From Candidatus Kaiserbacteria bacterium (GTDB lineage Bacteria > Patescibacteriota > Minisyncoccia > Phycocordibacterales > UBA918), in contig CP064968.1 of NCBI GenBank assembly GCA_016699245.1, forward strand, positions 155,386-219,385: a DNA stretch of 64,000 nucleotides. The letters are read 5' to 3'. The notes beneath the pieces are model-generated. The model worked only from the letters and a program-made list of their open reading frames with translations, was not told the origin of the DNA and did no database searches. The position numbers and the translations under genes were made by a program. This document shows positions 1 through 8,988 of this stretch, in pieces; position 1 is the first letter of the stretch; every line of letters starts with the position of its first letter.

Positions 1-226
1 GAACCCCGTGGACTACTACAGCCCCGCGCAATCATAGAGACACTCAATCTCCGCATCCCACAATTCAGAGAAACAGCAAAGCACGGCAACTTCGGCAATG
101 GGTTAACCAGGGATGTATAGGGATTAGCGACAAATATTTGTATAAGTACAAAACCCGCCCGCGCTGCGCGCAGGCCGTGTCTCTGTACACATATAGACAA
201 GGGAAGCCCGTTCGCGTTAGCAACAG

Positions 227-1630
227 GTGTATACTTATGGTATGAAAAATATGATACACACCTGTGAGAGCAGGGAAGTGCTGAAGAAACTATCACAAAC
301 TATTAGCGATACTTTTTTATCATTTGAGGTACCTATAGAGATTATAGATGTTACCGAAGGACTTCGCTTCTATCACTTTAAAATTAAAACACGTGAGCCT
401 GTGCGCATGCGCGCAATAAAGGCATTTGAAGATGATTTACGCTATGCGCTTGGTATCAGCACACTCGAAATAGAAGCTCCTCTAAAGGATGAACCGTTTG
501 TAGGTATCACCATTGTAAAAAAACAAGAACCGCTATCATTGGACTGGAACGCTGTAGTACAGGAACCAGAGTTTACAGAAAATGACGACCTTGTGATACC
601 ACTCGGCAAAACAGAATTTAATGAGAGTATGTACATCGACGTGCGGAGAATGCCACACCTTCTCATCGGAGGAGCAACAGGCTCAGGGAAGAGCACGTTA
701 TTGCATTCCATTATTAACTCACTCATCACAAAACATACTCCTGACAGACTGCGACTGATACTGGTCGATATAAAACGTGTTGAGTTACCTCTGTATATCG
801 GTCTACCGCACCTACTCACACCAACTATAACCGATGTAAAAAAGGTAATGATTGCTTTGAAGTGGTGTGTTAAGGAAATGGAACGACGTATAGATATTTT
901 GATGGAGTTCAAAGTACAAAATATTTCGTATTACCACGAAAAAGTAGTAGGAAACAAAAAGTACGCAAAGCAAGATATTGAAACAATGCCATACATTGTC
1001 GTCGTGATTGATGAACTTGCCGATTTAATGGCTGCATACCCAAAGGAATTTGAAGCATGTATTTTGCGTTTGCTCCAAAAGTGCAGGATAGTAGGCATTC
1101 ACCTCATTATTTCAACACAACGCCCTTCGGTGAAGGTGATTACTGGTCTTATGAAGGTAAATATATCGAGCAGAATTGCTTTGCAGGTCACCTCATATAC
1201 AGATTCTCGCACCATACTCGATCAAAGTGGTGCAGAAACATTGCTTGGCAGTGGTGATATGCTCATGCTCAGCGATGGCTCCCCATGGCCCACACGACTG
1301 CAAGGATACTTCATAAGTGATGAGCAGATAACCAAGAATGTACAAAAAATTTGCAAACTGGATGCAACTGATGCAGTCTCTGAAGAGAGTGAGTCTATTC
1401 AGACTCCAGCAATTAATGTATTTAAAGAAGATGACGAAGATGAAGACGACCTCTACGAAGAGGCAAAAGCATGCGCGATTGAGGAAGGGAAAATCTCAAC
1501 TTCATTCTTGCAACGAAAATTACGAATCGGATACGGTCGCTCAGCACACCTCATAGACATGCTCGAAAAGCGGGGTATCATCGGTCCTGCTGATGGGAGC
1601 AAACCCCGTGAAGTAATTCTTCCAGAATAA
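227..1630 (+). CDS. ftsK: FtsK/SpoIIIE-family DNA translocase (motor plus gamma winged-helix domain)
   Basis: Walker A GGATGSGKST; ISTQRPS motor motif; C-terminal gamma-like FLQRKLRIGYGRSAHLIDMLEKRGIIGP. No N-terminal TM domain. Confidence 0.8.
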   Translation: MYTYGMKNMIHTCESREVLKKLSQTISDTFLSFEVPIEIIDVTEGLRFYHFKIKTREPVRMRAIKAFEDDLRYALGISTLEIEAPLKDEPFVGITIVKKQEPLSLDWNAVVQEPEFTENDDLVIPLGKTEFNESMYIDVRRMPHLLIGGATGSGKSTLLHSIINSLITKHTPDRLRLILVDIKRVELPLYIGLPHLLTPTITDVKKVMIALKWCVKEMERRIDILMEFKVQNISYYHEKVVGNKKYAKQDIETMPYIVVVIDELADLMAAYPKEFEACILRLLQKCRIVGIHLIISTQRPSVKVITGLMKVNISSRIALQVTSYTDSRTILDQSGAETLLGSGDMLMLSDGSPWPTRLQGYFISDEQITKNVQKICKLDATDAVSEESESIQTPAINVFKEDDEDEDDLYEEAKACAIEEGKISTSFLQRKLRIGYGRSAHLIDMLEKRGIIGPADGSKPREVILPE

Positions 1631-1726
1631 AATATTTTAACTCCTCGCATCACATTTCTTGAAGGAAAAGGTTCTGATGTCGACAGCAGAACACTCAGTG
1701 ATATTCTGAAAAAATGAACATGGTAT

Positions 1727-2434
1727 GTGATAAAATATTTGAGTATGGAAATTCCCCAAAATATTCTCAATAAATTTTTGGTTAGACCAGACTATTTGGA
1801 GTGGATTGAAGCCCAGCAGTCAATTTATGTATATTTTGACTTTACTAATATGCTCCATTGGCAGGATAGACTAGGTTGGAAATTTCGTTTTGAGGACTTA
1901 ATGACACAACTTCTTTCATACCCAAATATAAAAGAAGTAAAACTATACTATGGCGAGAATCCACGCGATGAACTTAATTCTAAAGCTTTTCATTCTCGGT
2001 TGCGCAAAACAGGCGCTATTGTTCGCAGTAAACCAATGAAGTTTATACAGAGACACATACATGAAGGGCTATTCTTTCAACGCAATACATTAGCAACCTT
2101 TGATGAAACCATTTCAGCGAGTATTGTCACAGTTGTAGAGCAATTAAAGGAATCAGGATTGGTTATTGAAGAACCAAAATGTAATTTCGATGTTGAAATG
2201 ACGATGGATTTACTTGATGATACCGAAAAATTTACAACAGTTCTCCTTTTTTCTGGTGACTCTGATATGTATGCCCCATTAGAGCGTCTAAAAATTAAGG
2301 GTAAGGCGATTGGTGTTGTTGGTGTTCGTGGTCATGTTTCGACCGAATTACACGAAGTTAAAGATAAATATATTGACTTCGGAAAGTTTTATACAGGCAA
2401 GCGCAACTATAAAAGCGAAAATCCCGCCAATTAA
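1727..2434 (+). CDS. NYN-domain (LabA-like) protein
   Basis: Acidic motifs (FDVEMTMDLLDD, FSGDSDM) consistent with NYN/LabA nuclease fold. Weak call. Confidence 0.4.
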   Translation: MIKYLSMEIPQNILNKFLVRPDYLEWIEAQQSIYVYFDFTNMLHWQDRLGWKFRFEDLMTQLLSYPNIKEVKLYYGENPRDELNSKAFHSRLRKTGAIVRSKPMKFIQRHIHEGLFFQRNTLATFDETISASIVTVVEQLKESGLVIEEPKCNFDVEMTMDLLDDTEKFTTVLLFSGDSDMYAPLERLKIKGKAIGVVGVRGHVSTELHEVKDKYIDFGKFYTGKRNYKSENPAN

Positions 2435-3083
2435 AGCGGGACCGCAAAATTAGTAGAATTGCTTCTACGTTTTAGATTATACAGTATTTATAGCAAATAA
2501 CAATAGTTATCAACACTTATGAAAAGTACTCTCGTATAACAAAAAATCCCTCATTGAGAGGGGTTCTTTGGTATGCCTGGCTTCAGCTTACAGAATCTGA
2601 TGGCTGAACGGGGCTTTCGCCCACAGGCACTATCTAAATATACACCGAATTTCACTGATTGTCGCATAATTATAATGAATTACGAAATCCCTTCTCAAAA
2701 TTTGTAACTATCTCATATGGGGACTGTGGCGAATTGTGCTCGTCACCATTGGTGCAATTTTCTTTTTTGAGCATGGTTTTGGCCAGAGCTATATTTTGAA
2801 TCAGAAAATCTTTTCACAGATATATGGATTTCCACATATGCATTCGTCGTGTTTTACGGCCTTGCGCTATGGCACGTCGTCTCCGAAGGTGAACGTGACG
2901 TGTCTCTTTGGGTAAAGATAAAACAAGGGATTGTAATTTCATTCAACAAAATGCTCTTTGCATTTCTCGTATTCACCATATACATCATGGTAATGGCCGC
3001 TGCGAGTGAAGGGGTGTAGCAGTATGAGATAATAGTTACACAAGCGACATACGTTCAAAAGAGTTTTAAATATTTATGTATTT

Positions 3084-3929
3084 ATGAAAAAAGAATCAAA
3101 AAATAAAGCAATTGCAATTTTTGAAGGCAGTCACATTCGACGTCATTGGGACGACGAAAAAGAACTTTGGTATTTTGCTATTATGGATATTATCCAAGTA
3201 TTAGCACAAACTGACAGACCACGAAAATACTGGAATGATTTGAAAACTAAACTTAAGAAAGAGGGAAGTGAGGTGTCCGAAAAAATCGGACAACTGAAAA
3301 TGCAGGCTAGTGACGGCAAGTTTTATCTTACTGATGTCGCTGATACAGAGGTGTTACTCCGCCTCATCCAATCCATTCCATCCCCAAACGCTGAGCCATT
3401 CAAGCTTTGGCTTGCGCGTGTGGGCTACGAGCGCCTCGAAGAGACTGCCGACCCAGAATTGGCCATTCAACGCTCTCTTAAGACATATTTGCAAAAGGGA
3501 TACAGCAAAGACTGGATTAACCAACGACTGAAGAGTATCGAAATCCGAAAGACGCTCACTGATGAATGGGAAAAGCGAGGTGCAAAAGAAGGTCTAGAGT
3601 TTGCCATCCTCACAAACGAAATTACCAAGGCATGGACTGGCATGACGACCAAAGAATACAAAAATTTAAAAGGACTAAAAAAAGAAAATCTGCGTGACAA
3701 CATGACCAACCTTGAATTGGTGCTCAACATGCTCGCAGAGACGGCAACAACAGAAATCTCAGAAAAACGTGAGCCAAAAACGCTGGACGAAAATAAGATT
3801 GTTGCTCGTGAAGGCGGAAGTATTGCAGGTAATGCGCGCAAAGACATTGAGGCAAAAACAGGAAAGAAAGTAATCACAAAGAAAAACGCAAAAGTGCTCC
3901 TTGCAAAAAATATTAAGAAAATTAAATAG
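3084..3929 (+). CDS. DNA-damage-inducible protein D (DinD)-like, Bro-N/KilA-N N-terminus
   Basis: C-terminal KGLKKENLRDNMTNLELVLNMLAETATTEISEKRE parallels E. coli DinD KGLKKNQKILDHMGSTELAANLFRATQTEEKLKRDG. N-terminal Bro-N-like region. Confidence 0.65.
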   Translation: MKKESKNKAIAIFEGSHIRRHWDDEKELWYFAIMDIIQVLAQTDRPRKYWNDLKTKLKKEGSEVSEKIGQLKMQASDGKFYLTDVADTEVLLRLIQSIPSPNAEPFKLWLARVGYERLEETADPELAIQRSLKTYLQKGYSKDWINQRLKSIEIRKTLTDEWEKRGAKEGLEFAILTNEITKAWTGMTTKEYKNLKGLKKENLRDNMTNLELVLNMLAETATTEISEKREPKTLDENKIVAREGGSIAGNARKDIEAKTGKKVITKKNAKVLLAKNIKKIK

Positions 3930-4066
3930 CAGTTACAAAGGTCAGACCTCGCCGGCATCTTCTACGGCATCGACTCTGTACCAAAAGGCTGGTATGAAGC
4001 TGTAGTGAGAATAGGGGAGATAGAGGAATTGTGTGTTTAGTTGAATAGATGCTACGCTACTACTAT

Positions 4067-4933
4067 ATGAAAACTCAAATCATACAGGTCGTTAAATTTG
4101 TTGGAGCAGTAGTCCTGGTAGCAATTTTGATTCCTACTATTTTTTATGTTTCTCTTCTATTGTGGGGAGATTGGCATGATGAATGGAGCGGATACAACGC
4201 AGGATGGTATATAAGTGATGGTCAATGCAATATTGCGGTGATTCCGATTGATGGAGAAATCACTACGTTTCCATATGAACTTGGAGGCGAGGAAGAGGGT
4301 GACCCTCCATCACTCTCTACAAGTATGACCGACACACTTTCGCTCCTCAATACTGCCGAAAATTATGACCCCAACATTCAGGGAATCCTCATGCTCATCG
4401 ACTCAGGAGGAGGCTCACCATCAGCATCGAAGATGATTGCTGATGAGTTGAAGGGAAGTACACTTCCTGTCGCGGCCTTTATTCTCGACTATGCAGCTTC
4501 CGGTGGCTACTACGTAGCCACCGGCGCCGACACCATCATCGCCAATCCATTTTCCGACGTGGGCTCCATTGGCATCACCATGTCATATCTCGACTACTCA
4601 AAGCAAAATGCTGAGCAGGGGCTCGAGTACGTTTCACTCTCCTCTGGCAAATTCAAGGATTCAGGCACGCCAGACAGGGCGCTCACCGCAGAAGAGCGCG
4701 CACTCTTTGAGCGCGACTTAAAGATTTACCACGACACCTTTGTAAAAGAAGTGGCACAGAATCGTAATCTCCCTGTAGAAGACGTAGCAAAACTAGCCGA
4801 CGGCTCCACCCTCCCCGCACCACTAGCATTAGAAGCCAAACTCATCGATCAAATAGGAGGGAAGGAAGATGCTCGCGCGTGGTTTGCAGAGCAATTGGGG
4901 ATGAATGTGGAGGATGTGGTGTTATGTCAGTAA
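4067..4933 (+). CDS. sppA: S49 peptidase, SppA-like (36K type), N-terminal TM anchor
   Basis: ILMLIDSGGGSPSAS and catalytic region DYAASGGYYVATGAD; TM helix at N-terminus. Start moved to MKTQ. Confidence 0.65.
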   Translation: MKTQIIQVVKFVGAVVLVAILIPTIFYVSLLLWGDWHDEWSGYNAGWYISDGQCNIAVIPIDGEITTFPYELGGEEEGDPPSLSTSMTDTLSLLNTAENYDPNIQGILMLIDSGGGSPSASKMIADELKGSTLPVAAFILDYAASGGYYVATGADTIIANPFSDVGSIGITMSYLDYSKQNAEQGLEYVSLSSGKFKDSGTPDRALTAEERALFERDLKIYHDTFVKEVAQNRNLPVEDVAKLADGSTLPAPLALEAKLIDQIGGKEDARAWFAEQLGMNVEDVVLCQ

Positions 4934-5004
4934 GACTTTCTTTTAAAAATGACATATTTTCAAGAATAATTGAGTAAAGTGAGTTGAGATGATAGTGTTA
5001 TATT

Positions 5005-5352
5005 ATGACTAATTCAGACAGACTTGAGAATTTAACAGAAAGAATAATTCAATTTCGTGACGACCGAGATTGGAAGCAATTTCACGACCCAAAGAATCTT
5101 GCCATTTCTCTACAGTTAGAGGCCTCAGAGGTTTTAGAGCTTTTTCAGTGGACGAAAGATAATGAGATAAAGAACGGAAAAGAAGAAGAAATTGCAGACG
5201 AACTCAGTGATGTCTTTTACTGGGTCATTATGCTTGCACATTACTACAAAATTGACCTCATTGGTGCTTTGGAAAAGAAAATGTATAAAAATGAAGTAAA
5301 GTATCCAGTAGAAAAAGCTAAAGGAAAGGCCGACAAGTATACCGAACTCTAA
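5005..5352 (+). CDS. MazG-like nucleotide pyrophosphohydrolase
   Basis: RDWKQFHDPKNLAISLQLEASEVLELFQW matches the MazG/NTP-PPase fold. Stop lies 1 nt before the next ATG, so operonic. Confidence 0.6.
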   Translation: MTNSDRLENLTERIIQFRDDRDWKQFHDPKNLAISLQLEASEVLELFQWTKDNEIKNGKEEEIADELSDVFYWVIMLAHYYKIDLIGALEKKMYKNEVKYPVEKAKGKADKYTEL

Positions 5353-5353
5353 T

Positions 5354-7663
5354 ATGATTGTTTATCAATCAACGAAACTGGGGTTTTTAAAAGATGCTTC
5401 AAATGGAATTGAAGATATTGTTAGGTCTCGAGTAAAGGAAAAACTTAATATTGATATTCAAGTTGGAAGTAGCGAGTACAACTCATGGAAAAATTCCCTT
5501 GGCGATGCAATGTATAAAGTAATGCAGACAGATAAGATCCCAGATGATTCCGGCATAGCTATCGAATATTCAATACCTCGAGCAAAAAATCGCATCGATT
5601 TTATTATTACAGGTGAAGATGATGAAGGAAAAGAAAAAATAATTATCATAGAACTTAAACAGTGGACTGATATAGAAAAGACAGACAAAGATGGTGTCGT
5701 CTTGACTCGTTTCAAAAGTGGTCCGAGCGAAGAACCGCATCCTTCATATCAAGCCTGGTCATACTCAGCTCTTCTTTATGGATTCAATGCAACAGTATAC
5801 GAAGAAAAAATTAGCCTAGAGCCTTGCGCATACCTACATAATCATATTGATAGTGATGTTATTTTAAGCCCATTTTATCAAGAGTATTTGGATAAAGCCC
5901 CAGCATTTTGTAAAGGTGACAAAGAAAAACTTCAAGATTTTATCGCTAAATTTGTAAAGCATGGTGAAAAGAAAAATACACTTTATAGAATAGATAATGG
6001 AGAAATTCGCCCATCAAAAAATCTTGCTGACAGTCTTACCTCAATGCTAAAAGGTAATCAAGAATTTGTTTTGATAGATGAACAAAAAGTTGTATACGAA
6101 ACTGCTCTATCTCTTACGAAAAAATCATCAAAACAAAATAAAAATGTATTAATTATCGAAGGTGGCCCAGGTACAGGTAAATCAGTTGTAGCCATAAATC
6201 TTTTAGTTGCAATTACTAAACTTGGACTGAATACACAGTATGTAACAAAGAATGCTGCGCCACGGGGAGTGTTTGAAGCAAAACTTACGGGCACATTTAA
6301 GAAATCAGAAATATCAAATTTTTTTACAGGATCCGGTTCCTTTGTTGGAGAAAAGGAAAATATTTTTGATGCTCTAATTGTAGACGAAGCTCATAGACTT
6401 AATAAAAAGTCTGGGATGTTTAAGAATTTAGGCGAAAACCAAATAAAAGAAATTATTGATTCTGCAAAATGCTCAATATTTTTTATTGATGAGGATCAAA
6501 AAGTGACGTGGCATGATATAGGTAAAAAAGAAGAAATTGAAAAATGGGCTGATAAAATCCATGCTAAAGTTTGTAACCTTAAGCTCGAATCGCAATTTCG
6601 GTGCAATGGTTCCGATGGCTACTTATCGTGGCTCGATAATATTCTCGGTATTAAAGATACTGCCAATACCACACTGGATGGTATAGAGTACGATTTTAGG
6701 GTTATAGACTCGCCTAACGAGCTGAGAGATTTAATTTTTGAAAAAAATAAGATAAATAATAAGGCTCGACTCGTAGCAGGATATTGTTGGGATTGGGTCA
6801 GTAAAAAAGACAAGCGTTTAAATGACATTCTTATTCCAGAGCATGATTTTGGTATGCAGTGGAACCTTGCGAGTGATGGAAACGTATGGATTATATCGCC
6901 AAAGTCTGTAAATGAAATTGGTTGTATCCACACATGCCAAGGCCTAGAAGTTGATTATGTTGGAGTTATTGTGGGTAGAGATTTTGTTATAAGAAACGGT
7001 AAAGTAATCACTAATCCTCATGAACGTGCAAAAACTGACGCCTCATTGAAGGGATATAAAAAAGAATTAAAAGAAAGACCAGAAGTTACAGCCGAAAAGG
7101 CTATGTCGATAATTAAAAATACTTATCGAACCCTTATGACACGCGGAATGAAAGGGTGCTATGTATATTTTGTAGACAAAGAAACTGAAAAATACTTTAA
7201 AGACAGAATGAACCTTTCAACACTTACTAAAAAGCCAGTATCAGAAAGTATTATTTCTCCATATGTAGAGGAAATGGTTCTAGTTCCACTCGTTGGATCT
7301 GCGCCTTGTGGTGAGCCACTTTTCGGTGAATCAAATATTGAAGACGTGATACAGGTTGAAAAAAGAAAAATCAGACCCGGCTCAAAATATTTCATTGTCC
7401 GTGCCTCTGGTGATTCAATGAATAAGGCTGGTATAAATGACAACGACCTCGTATTGTGTCGTTTTGCAGAGAAGGCAGAAACTGGTGACAGAGTAGTCGC
7501 GCTACTTGGTGGTGAATATGTGACTATAAAATACTATGATAAAAAAGATGGTCGTCGAATTCTGCTTCCAAAAAGTACAAACAGCACTCACCAACCAATA
7601 ACTCCTGAGGAAGGAGACGTGGTGCAGGGTATTGTTCAAGAAATTTTGCCTAATCCTGAGTAA
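5354..7663 (+). CDS. Multidomain protein: N-terminal PD-(D/E)xK nuclease-like, DUF2075/Schlafen-like P-loop ATPase, C-terminal LexA-type S24 autopeptidase domain
   Basis: N-terminus RIDFIITGED...IIIELKQW (D..ExK). Walker A GGPGTGKS, Walker B IVDEAHRL (DUF2075 pattern). C-terminus PLVGSAPCGEPLFG...ASGDSMNKAGI...VTIKYY parallels LexA PLVGRVAAGEPL...GMSM...VTVKRL (scissile C-G, Ser/Lys dyad). Confidence 0.6.
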   Translation: MIVYQSTKLGFLKDASNGIEDIVRSRVKEKLNIDIQVGSSEYNSWKNSLGDAMYKVMQTDKIPDDSGIAIEYSIPRAKNRIDFIITGEDDEGKEKIIIIELKQWTDIEKTDKDGVVLTRFKSGPSEEPHPSYQAWSYSALLYGFNATVYEEKISLEPCAYLHNHIDSDVILSPFYQEYLDKAPAFCKGDKEKLQDFIAKFVKHGEKKNTLYRIDNGEIRPSKNLADSLTSMLKGNQEFVLIDEQKVVYETALSLTKKSSKQNKNVLIIEGGPGTGKSVVAINLLVAITKLGLNTQYVTKNAAPRGVFEAKLTGTFKKSEISNFFTGSGSFVGEKENIFDALIVDEAHRLNKKSGMFKNLGENQIKEIIDSAKCSIFFIDEDQKVTWHDIGKKEEIEKWADKIHAKVCNLKLESQFRCNGSDGYLSWLDNILGIKDTANTTLDGIEYDFRVIDSPNELRDLIFEKNKINNKARLVAGYCWDWVSKKDKRLNDILIPEHDFGMQWNLASDGNVWIISPKSVNEIGCIHTCQGLEVDYVGVIVGRDFVIRNGKVITNPHERAKTDASLKGYKKELKERPEVTAEKAMSIIKNTYRTLMTRGMKGCYVYFVDKETEKYFKDRMNLSTLTKKPVSESIISPYVEEMVLVPLVGSAPCGEPLFGESNIEDVIQVEKRKIRPGSKYFIVRASGDSMNKAGINDNDLVLCRFAEKAETGDRVVALLGGEYVTIKYYDKKDGRRILLPKSTNSTHQPITPEEGDVVQGIVQEILPNPE

Positions 7664-7782
7664 AAAATGGAAGAGAAGCGGTGGTGTAGTGAAATGGGGA
7701 TAAGTACGTTTTAATTTCAGAAAAATAAGGTCAGCCACAATTTTTTATTGGTAATAACTTATGATTCTGATTTTAATGGTGG

Positions 7783-8128
7783 TCCGGTGGCAGGAGGATT
7801 CTTCCATTACATGGACCGTTTAGGTCGTATGACAATTTCTTCCTCTGGTCGAAATTGTCGACGACCTTTTCGAATCCTGACGAAAGCAATTTTGTATTGC
7901 TTTCTCCACTGGAGCTTGTTAGCAAAAATCCCCAAAGAGGGGATTTTTGCTAACAAGCTCCAGTGGCAGGAATTTCTCCATCGACTAATTTTCTAACGAA
8001 AATTGTCTGGGCACCGACTCACTGTTGCAAAGCAACATGCTCCGTCGTTCGAATCCTGACGAAATGTGCGCAGGCACATTTCTCCACCTCCGCAAATTAA
8101 AATAACCCCATGAGGGGTTATTTTAATT
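7783..8128. repeat. Two degenerate tandem units (~173-175 bp) carrying tRNA-Asn 3'-end-like motifs and terminator-like hairpins
   Basis: tccggtggcagga at 7783-7795 and tccagtggcagga at 7958-7971 versus the tRNA 3' end at 8131-8144. Shared ttcgaatcctgacgaaa+hairpin+ttctcca blocks. A-run/stem/T-run hairpins at 7924-7949 and 8099-8127. Confidence 0.6.
8099..8127. terminator. Bidirectional intrinsic terminator hairpin after tRNA-Asn
   Basis: aaaataacccc-atga-ggggttatttt: stem with flanking A/T runs. Confidence 0.6.
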
Positions 8129-8130
8129 TG

Positions 8131-8461
8131 CTCCGGTGGCAGGATTCGAACCTGCGGCCAATTGATTACACGTGTCCTACTATTTCTAGTGGGGGTGGAC
8201 TATATCATCATCCTTTCAAAACTGAATAGGATGCAAGGCGCTTCGACCCATTTCTGGGGCTACTCCCGTTAGGGATAGTCTCTGAACCTTCAATGATGTT
8301 TTCACATCAAAGCTTGGCTGCTGATTGCCCACAACATTACTTGCTAGGGTTTCCAGACAATTCACCTTGTTTTCGACCTACTTCTCAGTAGGAAGCTGCA
8401 TTTTGAAACTCGATTGAGTTCGTGTTTACAGTCAACTGCTCTACCGCTGAGCTACACCGGA
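8131..8461 (-). tRNA. tRNA-Asn(GUU) interrupted by a group I intron between anticodon positions 35 and 36
   Basis: Exons (8461-8428 and 8168-8131) join to UCCGGUGUAGCUCAGCGGUAGAGCAGUUGACUGU|UAAUCAAUUGGCCGCAGGUUCGAAUCCUGCCACCGGAG. Cloverleaf with U1-A72, loop CUGUUAA, T-arm GGUUCGAAUCC. CCA not encoded. Confidence 0.75.
8169..8427 (-). ncRNA. Group I intron (259 nt) within tRNA-Asn
   Basis: Core elements on minus strand: P AATTGTCTGGAAA, Q AATCAGCAGCCAAGC, R GTTCAGAGACTA, S GATGATATAGTCC. IGS GCAG can pair with exon CUGU; intron ends in G (CACGTG|TAAT). Confidence 0.7.
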
Positions 8462-8850
8462 ATGTGTATTTTTTCTGTGTACTTCATTGATAGTGTGGAA
8501 GCAATCTCTTGGGGAGCAGTTGACTGACAGTCAACTTTCTTACAGAAACTGTTCAGGTTGTATGATAATTTTCGTAAACTCAAATTATCGACAACCTCTT
8601 GCGAAGTGACTTTGTGTCACTTCTCACTCTACCGCTGAGCTACACCGGAATGTGTAGTCTATTCCATTATAGCCATTGTTAGCGTGAAACTTCTGTATTG
8701 GGAGCAGTTGACTGACAGTCAACCTCCTTAACAGGAGCTGTTTAGGTTGTATGATATTTTCTTTCGAAAATCTCGACAACCTCTTGCGAAGTGACTTTGT
8801 GTCACTTCTCACTCCACCGCTGAACTATACTGGAATGTGTACTTTGTCTC
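8462..8850. repeat. Tandem repeats (~185-188 bp, 2 units plus stub) each carrying a copy of the tRNA-Asn 5' end
   Basis: Units start at 8462, 8650 and 8835 (aatgtgta...). Each contains ctctaccgctgagctacaccgg (rev-comp of tRNA 5' 22 nt; third copy degenerate) and the palindrome gttgactgtcagtcaac related to tRNA GCAGTTGACTGT. Confidence 0.65.
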
Positions 8851-8988
8851 TCTATTAGGGACAGACAGCATTGTACAGAAAAATGGCGAGTCTGCAAATG
8901 GATAGCGAGGAATATGGGGTGGGAGGGGGGTAGGGCGGTATTGGTGATATACTCAGGTATTATGCGCTATGCATTTAGTCACTAGTAT

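Noticed and set aside
5354-7663. Interpreting the 769-aa protein as a UvrD/PcrA or RecD helicase
   Set aside because: It lacks SF1 helicase motifs III-VI. The Walker A/B spacing and flanking PD-(D/E)xK fit the DUF2075/Schlafen-like family. A genuine Pif1/RecD-like helicase is present separately at 46246-47928.
7748-7996. 82-aa ORF in the track
   Set aside because: It lies entirely within the degenerate tRNA-fragment repeat units and terminator hairpins. It has no coding-like composition and is more likely a non-coding repeat.
7783-8850. Possible CRISPR array because of regularly spaced repeats
   Set aside because: Units are 170-190 bp, degenerate, and derived from tRNA ends. There are no short (25-40 bp) direct repeats separated by unique spacers and no cas genes nearby.
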